This document shows positions 28,773 to 39,600 of a DNA stretch of 49,215 bases, piece after piece. Numbering within the stretch: the stretch's first letter is position 1; each line of letters starts with the position of its first letter. The position numbers and the translations under genes are program-made. The stretch spans positions 1 through 49,215 of the forward strand of contig QPMI01000463.1 of assembly GCA_004431415.1 (NCBI GenBank). The letters run 5' to 3'. The notes below the pieces were generated by a model. It was not told where the DNA came from. It worked only from the letters and a program-made list of their open reading frames with translations, and made no database searches. The DNA comes from Cyanophora paradoxa CCMP329. Its lineage: Eukaryota; Plantae; Glaucophyta.

Positions 28773-29713
28773 GCATGTATCTTGCATAGTGGGCGGGGCG
28801 CGAGTCGCGAGTGTATTTTAACGTGGTCTATCGTCGTACTTTGTCGTAAATATGCTAATCGTACATTTCGATTCGTACATTTCGATTGAAGTACATTTCG
28901 ATTGAAGTACATTTCGATTGAAGTCGCAAGTTTGTGCAGGTGGGCATTTTCGGCATGCTTGCTCATGCATAAACTTGCTTTAAAAAATATACAATGAAAT
29001 TCGGTTTAACTCTTACGAGTTTTGCTATAACACTCTCGGCATTGATAGTTGAGACCATCCTTCGTTCTTTGTCTTTTATTAAACTCACTTGCAAGCTTCT
29101 CAATCTTGCAGTGCGAGCATATCTTCGATTGTACTTCGATCTTCGGACGCGTTTTTAACACGAAATGATAAAGGTAATTGTGATAGTCTCGGTCGCAAAC
29201 TTTGCATCTCCAATTCAAAAGTACATTCCCTGAGCTACGCTTTTGCAATGCATAACTCGATGCCGGTTTTACCTTGTCGCAAACATTGCACCGCTTAGTC
29301 TCAGGTAGATTTACTTGATTGCTTGCCATTGTTACATTATACATTCGGGAAGTCTTTAAGTGGGGATCACTTGTTTAATTGGTGGGGTCTACCTGGATTT
29401 TTCAATTTGGGTAACTGAAAACAGTTTGGAAACGATCGGGAACATTTCGTAAAAATAAGGGTCTTACTGTCCTTACTGAGAGATTGGGGGAGGGTTAAAG
29501 GGCTTACTGAGAATGGTAAGGAATTAGAAAAATGGAGAATTAAAGGGTTTCGTGATTGGTTTCAGTAAGGAAGGGTTAGATGTTTGAAAAATATAGTGTG
29601 GCTCAGTGCGAATTTATGATTTTCGCACTGAGAATTGTGGGAGATGTAAGACCTGCTTATTGACATGGTCGGCTTTTTTGCGCGCAATTGGTGGGGGTTA
29701 CCTGCATGCGAGC
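28773..29713 (-). repeat. Right terminal inverted repeat (941 bp)
   Basis: Reverse complement of 5533..6466; ends ...CCTGCATGCGAGC, followed by the TSD. Confidence 0.95.
29006..29344 (-). CDS. Second, identical copy of the TIR-encoded zinc-finger protein
   Basis: Translation identical to 5902..6240. Confidence 0.75.
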   Translation of the reverse strand: MYNVTMASNQVNLPETKRCNVCDKVKPASSYALQKRSSGNVLLNWRCKVCDRDYHNYLYHFVLKTRPKIEVQSKICSHCKIEKLASEFNKRQRTKDGLNYQCRECYSKTRKS

Positions 29714-29719
29714 GAGGAG
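29714..29719 (+). repeat. Right target-site duplication GAGGAG
   Basis: Identical to 5527..5532. Confidence 0.9.
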
Positions 29720-29742
29720 TACGTGTACGTGCACAGACACCC

Positions 29743-29889
29743 GCTTCCGCTCTTCAGCGGAAGAGGAGTACGTACACCGGCGCCCCAGCAGAAGGCTGCC
29801 CCCTGGCCAGACGCCAGAGCACCTCCCCGATTGGCGCGTGCCTGCCACCATGGCACGCCCCGACTTTCCCTCTTCAGCGGAAGAGGAGT
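29743..29889 (+). repeat. Host hairpin motif CTCTTC-AGCG-GAAGAG-GAGT, repeated (29743..29773, 29870..29889; also 31710..31725 and the interrupted copy at 5507..5532)
   Basis: Read directly from the sequence. Confidence 0.8.
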
Positions 29890-32279
29890 CGGGATCACTG
29901 AGTCAGACTCGAGCGTGCGCATGCATGCACAGTCGCGCCGGCTACGGATTGGAGCTGCCGTCCGTAGGCTGAGCGACGTCGACTGAACCTAGCCAAACTG
30001 CAACCGCCCTGAGGCCTTCTCACACGGCGGCTTGCCGGGATCCGGGTCTCGCCCTTGGCGGACCACCCTCCGCCTCAGAAACCCATCGGTGGCGGTGCTA
30101 CTGGGGCTGACGGCCCTCAGGCCCTGCTGTTACGCGCACTGCCGGTGACCGTGTCCGGAACGGACTGGCAAGTGCTGTTTCGACAGAGCTTGAGAGCCCA
30201 GCTACGGCCAGTGCACCGTTCTCACTACTCACTGATGCGGCATTCTAAGGAACGGAATCGGATCTCAGCGGCCGACTGCATGCCGTGTAGCGATGCGGCT
30301 ACGCGCAAACAGGACTCCCAATATCTCGAGGGTCTCGGCACCGTGAACATGCAGTCTCACGGATTGCTGCAGCATCCCTTCCTGCGATCATGGTCCGCCA
30401 AGCTCGTCAACGAGCCTGGCTAGAGTCAGATCACAGGAAGACCAGGCCTAAGGAACGACCGATGGGTTTCGCGGCCAGCACGCGTGCCATGTCTTGACGA
30501 TGGCCGCGTCCATGGCCAGCTTGAGCATCGTCGTCTGGCTTCATCGCCAGCAGCCGAGCGCAAGCGCTGCCATGCACACCGCGAGAACGAGGGCTCGGTC
30601 TCGGGTCCTCGCCCCATCTCGTCCAAGGCCATAGATATATGCATTCCCTACGCTTCCTGCGCTTCCTACGCGATCCCCTATGGGAACTTTAACGCTAGCG
30701 CGCGTGAAGTCACGGGATCGATATCGTTGAAGCGTCAACGTTGCTACCCTTAACCGCCGCGCGGCTCAAGGGTCGGCCGTCTGAGCGTGCACCCGTGGCC
30801 ACGGCCGCCGCTCGACAACTGGCCGCCCTTGGATCGCGGTCGAGATCGGAGGCTCAAGTCAACAATCGCGAGTCAAGACGGAGGACTGGAGTACTCGGAG
30901 TACGGGCGAACCTCTACCAACCATCCTGAACAAAACCCATACTTCGCCCCTGCTGTCGGCGCCGAGGATCCCAGGAGGGGATGCCGAGGGCGACGCTGTG
31001 ATCGTGGTGAGATGTGGTGCGGGGGCAGATTTCTTTGCCAGCTTTGCCTCAGCCTTGTCCTCTCTCGGAGACGTCGGCCGATCACACTTGCGCTGTCTTG
31101 TCGGGCCAAGTGTGGGTCGGTGGCGTGTTGGCTCCTTGACGACTTTCGTTTCCTTTTCTGGAGCGTGGGCCCTAGAGCTCAGAGGAGTGGTAGAGTGGGG
31201 CTTCGTTGGTGCACGGCCCCAGAAAGGCGTGTAGTCGGCGGCTCACTCTATCGTGCCCCGCTCTTTCGTTGGGCCTGATGGGTGGCCCGGATACCTCCTC
31301 GTTGTTTTCTTCCGAGGCGGTGAAACTTCCCATCCGTGCCCCTCTCCTGCGGTGCTCGCCGTACGGAGCGAGTTTCGGGCCAGTATCACTTTCTGCGGTT
31401 TTTATGCTTTTCTGCCCTTTCCGAGCTTATCGCACGCACGCATGCGTATGCATGCTCATCCTCACCCTGCCTTGCCCCGCACACGACCTGGACGACCTGG
31501 ACGGGATCGACCTGGACGGGATCTACCTGGCCTTCTACCTGGCCTGCAGCTGTCTGCATTCCTGCCCCCCGGGCTGTGGCTCAGGTTCCTCGTCTTGGGG
31601 CCTGTCGGTGCCCTCGAGCGGCGCACCCATTGGCGGTGTTGGGGACGCCCTCTTGCGGTTATGCCGACTCGAGTCACGGTTTGACTGGCTACGTCGCGCG
31701 GACGCGACGTCAGCGGAAGAGGAGTTGTCGCATGGCTCGATTCCCTGGCCTTGCGGTGACTTAGCGACTAGAGCTAGTTGGTGCCTGACGCAGTCTAGAG
31801 TGCCTTAGCATAGTCTCTTCCTGTAGGCTTGCCTCGCGGTAGCCTACGCTGGCCTGCCTCTACCTGTCCTAGGGGTACAGTGTCAGTAGTCTTCCGGGTA
31901 CACAGAGAATACACCAGCCTGCATCTACAGCTGCTCCAGCACAGGGAGCCGGCCCCGCGCTGGACCGCGCGGGCGCCCAATCGGGTGGGAATACCTCCTA
32001 TCCGACATCTAGATCTGAGAGGATATCGATATCAATATCCTCGATCCCTAAGTCATCTATTTCAATTGCCTTTCCGTACACTCTATTTTCCGGTGACCTC
32101 GATCGATATCCTTTGATCATGATCATGAACTCAGAAATTTGAAGGACGTCTATTTTTATTCAAGGCCGCCGCGGGGCGCCCGCCGGACCGGTTTCGATCC
32201 GGGGGCTGCACCGGGGGCCGTGCCGACGAGGAGAGGGGCTGCGGGGCGGCTGTCGGCAGAGCGCTGCGGCTGGAGGCGG

Positions 32280-32361
32280 CGGGCGGAGGTGGGTGGGGTG
32301 GGGTGGGGGTGGGGTGGGGGGGGATGGGGAGGGAGGGGGATGGGGGAGGGGGGGGAGGGGT
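32280..32361 (+). repeat. G-rich low-complexity tract with G-quadruplex potential
   Basis: Many runs of >=3 G separated by 1-2 nt. Confidence 0.75.
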
Positions 32362-32770
32362 AGTTATAGATCTAGATATAGATCTGCGACCGCCAGCTCC
32401 GAGGCTCGAGTCGAGGGCTGTACAGGCACATGTGCTTCTATCGCGGGTGGACTGTTCACGACCGTTCAAGCCATCAACATTCTTCTTCCCCTCTGCACAG
32501 CTCGGCACTGCGCGGCATTGTCTCAACTTGAGGCCCGGGCCCCGCCCGGCCGGGGCGGCGGGGCCCGCCGGGCCGGTGCCACGGTGCCACCGTGCCGGGC
32601 CCCTACCGGTACCAGTACTACGTGCACGTGACGGTAGTACTGCCGGCGCCAGCGCGCGGCGCCAGCGGTGTGAAACTTACTAAGTAATATTATGATAATA
32701 ATATAATGATATGCAGTATTATATATGCACGTAACGCGGCACCTCTGCCTCCTCCCTCCTTACAACTTGC

Positions 32771-34020
32771 TGTCACGGGGCCTTTTCACTTGCCTGTTCC
32801 CCGGCAGGTCCCTGGTCATCTTGCAGCTCCATACCCCTTCTTACCTCTTCCCCTTGCTCCTCCACTTCCGCCCCTGCGAGGCCCTCTTTCTGACGTCCTC
32901 CTGGTTCAGCCCCCTCTTCAGCCCATCCTTCTTGCCCCCGCTTCTGCAACTGTGACGCTGGGCGGCACTATCTTTTTGCATGCCCCTCCCGCCTCTACGT
33001 CCCTGGTCTCTTTGCGTCTGCATCCACTTTCCCGGATCCGCTTGCAGGCCCCCTCGCCTCCAGAGCTCGCCATCACTTCGGCCTCCCTCGCCTCCGCTCT
33101 CGATTCTCCATACCCTTCGAATAGCCGCCTTCTCTCTCCTCCTCCGCCCTCCCTCCCCCCCTCGAGCTCCGGGTCCTCGGCCTCTGCCCCGCTTCCGAGT
33201 GTTGGCGAGACTGTCCTCTTTTCGGTCTCCCCGTCATTCCGGCTCCCTGCTCCCCCTTCGGCGCCTCGGGTCCCATCTGCGGGTCCTATCCCGCTTCCTG
33301 GCGCTCGTGAGATTCGCCGCCGGCGCCCTCGTCGGGCCCTTGCGCCCTCGAGCTCGTCTCTCTCTGCGCCGCCCATGGCCATGACCTCCGTGTCATCTGA
33401 TCCGGCGCCACCCGACCTTTCTCCTGCTTCGCTGCCCTCTCTTCGGCGCCGGCAGCGATCCCCGTCACCTGCTCGCGGCCCTTCCCCTACCTCCGACCCT
33501 TCCTCGGCCCCCTCCTCGCCTCTTCCGTCTCGTCGGCCCCCGCCGCGTTCCCGTCGGCGGATCTCTCGATCGACCCTGGACTCTCCGCCTGCCACTGTCT
33601 GCGGGGTACCTCCGCCGCCGTGTTCGGCGCCGGCTGTCAGTACTTTGCTCGGTAGCTCCCCCGTCGTGGCTCCTCGGGGGCCTCTTCGTCGTCGTCGTTC
33701 GCTGGGTTCCGGCTCCGGGTCAGATTTCTCGCCGGGCTTACCTTCTCCTGGCTATGCTCCTGGGCCCTCAGCTCCGGGACCGGCTTCCCCGATCTCCTGT
33801 TGCCGATAGGGTTTCCTAGCCGTTAGTGCTTCGTTTGCACTTCGTTCGCAGTAGTACCGTGACTTGACCCGCGGCTTCTCGCGATTTCCTGAGTCACTGT
33901 ACCCCTGTACGAAGATGCGACCCTAGCTACTTTTTCTGACTCTAGCTTGATACTTTCCGGTAGCCGTGTCCTAGGGTACACAGTAGTCTGTGATTAGCAG
34001 CTTTCTCTTGCAACGTGACA
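32771..34020 (+). repeat. Candidate 5' LTR (~1250 bp) of the Ty3/Gypsy element
   Basis: Begins TGTCACG and ends CGTGACA (7-bp inverted termini, TG..CA), ~450 bp upstream of gag. The second LTR is outside the window, so this cannot be confirmed. Confidence 0.5.
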
Positions 34021-34476
34021 GCCTGCTCGCCTGCTGCTGGTACGCTACGGGAAGGTTGCTAAGGTCTACTGGGACGTATAAAACCTCCTAAAACATCCTC
34101 GCCGGGACCAGCGCACGCCAGCTGACGGACTTGCTGCGCACGTCCGTTGGCCGCGAGCGTGAACCCGCTGGACTACGAGGAGGCGAACGCTTGACGCTTT
34201 CGGAGAGCACCGCTACTGGCGGACGCACTCCGCTGACCCGCCTCGCCGCCGACGCTTCCCTTCTCGAAGCTTCGGACGCGCCTCCGCCGCTCACTCGCGC
34301 AGTTGGGGAGCAGCCCGCCGTACCGCGGCATCGGCTAGCTCCCTGGCTCATCGTTCGTGCCGCGCGCGCATCGGGATCGGTTGCGGCGGTCCGACTCGAA
34401 CGACGGTCACGGGCCAGCTCGCGTACCGTACTGCGGTCGCGGCCCGACGGCAACGTCTACGTCGAACGACCGCGTG

Positions 34477-36588
34477 ATGGAGCGCGAAGGCATGACTTCC
34501 GGCGAGATGGCCCGACCTTCCCCCGGCCAACTGACAATGCTCAACCGCACGGCCCGAGTCGCAGCGGCGCACGCCGAGGAGATCGCGCGCCGGCGGGTCA
34601 TGGGCGCGGAGCCGCCGCAGGCGATCAAGATGGAGGACGGCAAGATGGGCCACACCACCGGGATTCCCGTCTCGCCCAACGGCGTCTTCCAACATCACAA
34701 CGCCATCCGTTCGGCTACTCGCGGAGACAAGAAGTACTCCCTGCTGGACGACGGTTCGCAGGCGGCGTACCACGCCGTCGATTTCGGTGTCCGTTCGCTG
34801 CCGGCGGGACTAACGGAAGTCTACCGTTCGACGGTCGAGTTGCACCGGTCTCTCGTCGAAAACCTCGTCGACGCAGAGAGCGAGCTCACGAAGGCGAAGG
34901 CGACACTCGCGACGGCTACGGAGGAGGCGGCCAAGGAGGCGGCGCAGAAGGCCGTCCAGACGCGACAGGCCGTCGTCGACAAACTCCGGGCTGAGATGCC
35001 CTCGGACATTATTCGCGGCGTCCCCTCGTACATTAAGAGCCTCGTTCGCATGATTGACCCCGCTGAGCGCAAGCGTCTCAAGGAGGAGCTCATCGCGGCG
35101 TACGATGGCACTCAACTGGACCGTATTTTCGCCAACATCTGTGACCTCATCGCGTTCACTGACCTGCCGCGTGACAAGACGGGCCACACTGTGCAGGCGC
35201 TGGACGTCTATGACACGCTCGAGCAGCAGATCACGGAGCGCAAGACGCTACACCACGGCCTGTACCCCGGCCTCCCGTACGAGCAGCAGCGCAAGGCCAA
35301 TTACGACCTGGCGCTGAATCTACTGCCGAAGCTGAAGACGATGGCGCAGGACCTGTCGCCGACCGATGGGATGACTCCCAAGGACAAGGAGACCTGGTTT
35401 AACCTCTTCTGCACTCGTGCGCAGTCGCTCATTCGGGATGCGGGCTTTCTGATTGTGACGACGACTGCTGGGGAGCCCTCGATTCCTACTGGGAATTCGA
35501 AGAAGGGCGCCAGCATCAACGCGGCGAACGTCGACGGGTACGATTACGACAACGATGGCGACGACGGGTACACGGCGCCGTACAGCGGCACTCCGTACAC
35601 CCCACCGCCTTCGTCGTCCCCTGCGCCCTCGGCCCCGCACTCGCAGTTACTCGGCTCTTCGGTCAATCTCGTCCACACGACGCCGTCGACCCCGCCGACA
35701 ACCAATCCGATCTACCAATCCGCCCTCCCCGCGCCCCAGCAGCCGGCGCCGGGCCACAAGCCCGTCCCCGGCTGCTGCGACTGGCACGCACCGGTGCCCG
35801 GGAAGGACTACGGCAATCGCCCGCCCATCGGCCGCCCCTACGATTACGCCCGTACGCAGACGGTCACGGCGATCCGTACGAGCCAGGGCTACCCGCGCGA
35901 CGCGCGCCCGAGGGTGAGGCCCGGCACCAACGATCACATTTGCACACGTTGTCGGTCGTTGGGAGCCGCGGACATCCATCACTACTCTGACGACTACCAC
36001 GAGTGTTGCTCTCACCCGTACCGTCGGGAACTACTCAAATTCGTCAACCAAGGCTGCCAAGACCCCGAGGTCCTGGCTGCGGCCCGCCTCTGCGGCCTCA
36101 TCCCTGGCGGCCCGCAGGCACCGTCCTACAACGCGGTCCCCCCGCCGTCGAACTCTGTACCCGTCGCTCCGGCGCAGCTACAAACCGCCCCTTGCAGGAA
36201 CTGCGGCGAGCACGGCCACCACGCGTCGGCGTGCACGAAGCCGGTGCGCTGCTACAACTGCGGAGGGGAGGGTCACACGCAGAACCGCTGCCCCAGTGGC
36301 AAGCGCCAGCACGACGGCGGTCCCCCACACGGTCCGTCCCCGAAGCGTGGCCCCGATGGTGGTGCTGGCGGCGCAGGAGGCGGCGGGCACCGTGGTGGCC
36401 ATCGCGGCGGTGGCAGGGGCGGCTACCAGAGCGGCGGTGGAGGCGGCGGCCAAGGCGGGACGGGATCTAACGCCACCCTCCTCGGCAATCCCGCCCCGAT
36501 GCAGCGCCCGACTGGCCCCGTTGTTGACGCGCCGTCTTCGCGCCCGACTGGCCCCGTTGTTGACGCGCCTCTCGATCTCTTGCATTAG
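34477..36588 (+). CDS. gag: Gag-like protein with two CCHC zinc knuckles
   Basis: CRNCGEHGHHASAC and CYNCGGEGHTQNRC followed by a Gly/Arg-rich tail; first ATG at 34477. Confidence 0.8.
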   Translation: MEREGMTSGEMARPSPGQLTMLNRTARVAAAHAEEIARRRVMGAEPPQAIKMEDGKMGHTTGIPVSPNGVFQHHNAIRSATRGDKKYSLLDDGSQAAYHAVDFGVRSLPAGLTEVYRSTVELHRSLVENLVDAESELTKAKATLATATEEAAKEAAQKAVQTRQAVVDKLRAEMPSDIIRGVPSYIKSLVRMIDPAERKRLKEELIAAYDGTQLDRIFANICDLIAFTDLPRDKTGHTVQALDVYDTLEQQITERKTLHHGLYPGLPYEQQRKANYDLALNLLPKLKTMAQDLSPTDGMTPKDKETWFNLFCTRAQSLIRDAGFLIVTTTAGEPSIPTGNSKKGASINAANVDGYDYDNDGDDGYTAPYSGTPYTPPPSSSPAPSAPHSQLLGSSVNLVHTTPSTPPTTNPIYQSALPAPQQPAPGHKPVPGCCDWHAPVPGKDYGNRPPIGRPYDYARTQTVTAIRTSQGYPRDARPRVRPGTNDHICTRCRSLGAADIHHYSDDYHECCSHPYRRELLKFVNQGCQDPEVLAAARLCGLIPGGPQAPSYNAVPPPSNSVPVAPAQLQTAPCRNCGEHGHHASACTKPVRCYNCGGEGHTQNRCPSGKRQHDGGPPHGPSPKRGPDGGAGGAGGGGHRGGHRGGGRGGYQSGGGGGGQGGTGSNATLLGNPAPMQRPTGPVVDAPSSRPTGPVVDAPLDLLH

Positions 36589-36642
36589 CACACAACACAA
36601 CTACAATGAGTTTCACATCGCCCAATAAATCTCTCCGACTAG

Positions 36643-39600
36643 ATACTATCGAGGACCGTCGTAGGCCCCGTTGTTGACGCGCCGTCTTCGCGCCCGGCTG
36701 GCCCCGTCACTGACGCGCTGCCTTCGCGCCCGACTGGCTCCGTTGCTGACGCGCCGTCTCCACGCCCGACCGGCCCCATCGCTAACGCGCCGCCCCCGAA
36801 CCCTCGCCCGACTGACCACGGAGACGCCGTGCAGTCCGGTGGTCCTGACTCGGGCCGGGAGACCGAGGCTACGACGGACAGCCTGGCCATGGTACCGATC
36901 GCTCCGGTGCAAACTGTCCCGATCACGCCGACGCAGCCCTCGGCATCGGACATCGCGCACTTCGTTCGGGACGTCAACGCCACGACGGCGACGCAGCCGG
37001 TAACGTCGGCGGCGGAGAGGACGGCCCCCGTCCCCGTCGCCATCCCCGTCGCTGAACCCGCGTCGCCGTCCCCCTCGTCGACTCACGCGACCGGCCCGTC
37101 GTCGCCGGCCCCGTCTGACTTGTCGACAGAGATGGAAACGGGAAGCCGTACTGCGGCCGAGTCCCGTGTTCCAATTCGGTGTGCGCAGCCCCGGCGGGGC
37201 GTCACTGCCGGCAGTATCCGCGACCTCATCAACGCTGGCCTCCGCCGGCACGACCACACTCGCATGTCCGCCGCCTTGGCTCCCGTCACGTCCAAGAAAA
37301 CCCCGCTCTTCACTCGAAACTTTGGCCGTATGCACCGCCCGCGCCCGAACGCCATCAATCCCGTCGCCCGCGTCGCAGTCACGAGGTCGCTCACCTTCGC
37401 GGCCGCCCCCTCGGCGAAGAGCACGAACTCCGACGCTGACTCTGTGCGGGAGCCGAAGACCCGGACGTACTGCGCCCTGGGGGACCCCGTCACAGAGTCG
37501 CCGATGGACACTGCACTCGGCCCGCTAACCTCCAAATCGAGCACCGACTCCCCCGCAGCCACCTCGCAGCAGGAGGGGAACGTCTCGAAGGGAAGTGGGC
37601 GGCCGACCCCGAACTACAAGGCCCCGCCCGCCAAGATGCCCGAAATCGACTCGCTACCGGCGGTCGAGGGCTGCGAGTCCTTGGTACCCCTTTGCACTGA
37701 CTGGCTCGACAACGTTGCTTACAACATGCACACTCGCCGTGTTAACAACCGCATGCACGTCGACGGCATCCAGTGCACTGACTGGCTTCGTGATGGCATC
37801 CCTTCGAGCGACCAGCGCCAGATCCACGCGCGTACCATCCTTTACTGCCCCGCCCTCCAGATGCTCACGACGTACCTCGAGCCGAAGGGCCCCGGTGTCT
37901 GCTGGGCTCGCGTCCGCAACGCTATCGATGCGGAAGGCGACTCGGAGGAGGCGCGCGCGCACCGCTTCCCCAAGCCCCACGACAACATGTACCCCGTCTT
38001 CACGCAGGCCTCCAATTACCGTACCGCGGTATTCACGGAGGATGCGCACATGCCTCGCCGTCGGGACCTGTCTTTCGCCAACGAGACGTGTGCTGACTGC
38101 CACCCCCATGTCGTCGGCCGCCAGGAGAATGGTACCCTTGTTGCCCGCCCCATTCCCTCGGCACACCGTCGTGACGCGCCCAATGACGGACTTCGTACTG
38201 CTCACTCCGCGCTCATCGCTGCGCTTGAAAGCCTCCCTACGTCGCACCCCGTTCGTGACCCGACCAGGGAGATGGAGTTCTTTGTGATCGCCCGCGACAT
38301 CTCCGGACACGCGAAGAACGGGCGGTTCCCGATCCCGCCGGCGCTCGACGTGAACCCCGGCATCCCGTGCGCTGACGGCACTCACGCTCACCACAGCCAC
38401 CCGCATTGGCACTTGCTGGCGACCCGCCCGCTCATCAACCCGAAAGGCCACAGTGAGCACAAGCGTCTGAATGCGGCCGTCACACGCATCATTGCAGACA
38501 CGGCCACTGAGGATGACGTGACAACGTTGCGCACGTGGATCGCAATCGCCCGTGAGACGACGACTATCGCGGCAATTAACACTAACATCTCGAACACCAA
38601 CGAGCAGCTTCGCCGGCCCTACCGGGGCGCTGAGGGCGAGCAGCTGTTACACTTGGTTGAAATGGCAGCGATGGCCATCACGAACACGGGCGCCCCGCCG
38701 CCTCGCACGCGGCAGGCTGCGGCCAACCACGTCACGAGTGTACTGCGTAAGGAGCTCGAGGCATTCGATGTTGACACTACGGTTCAGGCAATCGTCAACG
38801 CTCTGTGCGCCCGTCGTGTCTTCACTTTCACCGACGGCGCCATGGACACAACCGACGCGCCGCCTGCACCTACGACAACGCTGACGCTCCCAGGAGCTGC
38901 TGTCGTCGAGTCCCTCCTGAACCGTGTCAAGACGTCCTTCACCGACGCGCGGAACCGCAGCCCAACATTCATGCGCCCCAACCGACGAACGGCCGCTGTC
39001 AATTACGTTGAGAGCACACTCCGCACGTACCTCCGTGGCTACGACGTCGAGTCTACGATCCTACTTCTCGTCTACATTCTCGAGCGCGAGGGTGAGCTAC
39101 GGTTCGCCTCAGGCCCTGACGCGACTTCGGCAAAGGCTGCTGACGCCTACGCTCGTTTCGTCGCGGCAAACGCTCCGACCGACCCCGTCGCCGGACCCAG
39201 CTCTGTCGCGACGGCAGAGGGCCTCGCCCCTGAGGACAAGACGCCAATCGTCCCGCCGACCACGCCCACTCCACCCGCGCCCGCCGTACTGCGGCCCAAG
39301 GCGTCGGAGGACAGGGCTGACAATGACCCCATCAACCGCAACCGGAAGTTGCGCGAGATGCTGATGGACATTGCGGAAGACTCGATCACGCTCATCGCTC
39401 GTCGCCACCAGGCAGCGGGGAGGTATGAGCGCGAGGGTGGAGACCGCGTCTTCGCCTCTCGCACGGTCGAGAAGATCATGGTCAGTGTTGGGGGACAGCA
39501 AATTCTTCTCTTCCTGTCGCCAGTCGACATGCCTGCACCGTGCCACACGTGCAGCATCGGCCCCGATGGCTCACCCGTCATCGTGAACCACCGGCTCCGT

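Larger units (their letters stand above)
5533..29713. mobile_element. Endogenous Polinton-like virus / Maverick-Polinton-type element, full length, 24,181 bp
   Basis: Long TIRs; 6-bp TSD GAGGAG at 5527..5532 and 29714..29719; MCP, two mCPs, packaging ATPase, PolB-helicase and rve integrase; dense intronless genes; visibly lower GC than the flanks. Confidence 0.95.

Noticed and set aside
29900-32270. ORFs between the virus and the retrotransposon
   Set aside because: No coherent coding signal or domains; treated as host intergenic or degenerate repeat DNA.
32706-33809. 367-aa Pro/Ser-rich ORF and the antisense Gly/Glu/Arg-rich ORF
   Set aside because: Low-complexity, pyrimidine-skewed sequence inside the candidate LTR, with no domain motifs.
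32766-34025. Solo LTR with its own TSD, or a canonical tRNA-iMet primer-binding site
   Set aside because: The flanks (cttgc / gcctg) do not match, and the nearest TGG (34038, tggtacgct) is not the TGGTATCAGAGC iMet PBS. The primer remains unidentified.
36586-36594. Stop-codon readthrough signal after gag
   Set aside because: The context TAG-CAC-ACA is not the CARYYA motif, and two more in-frame stops follow.
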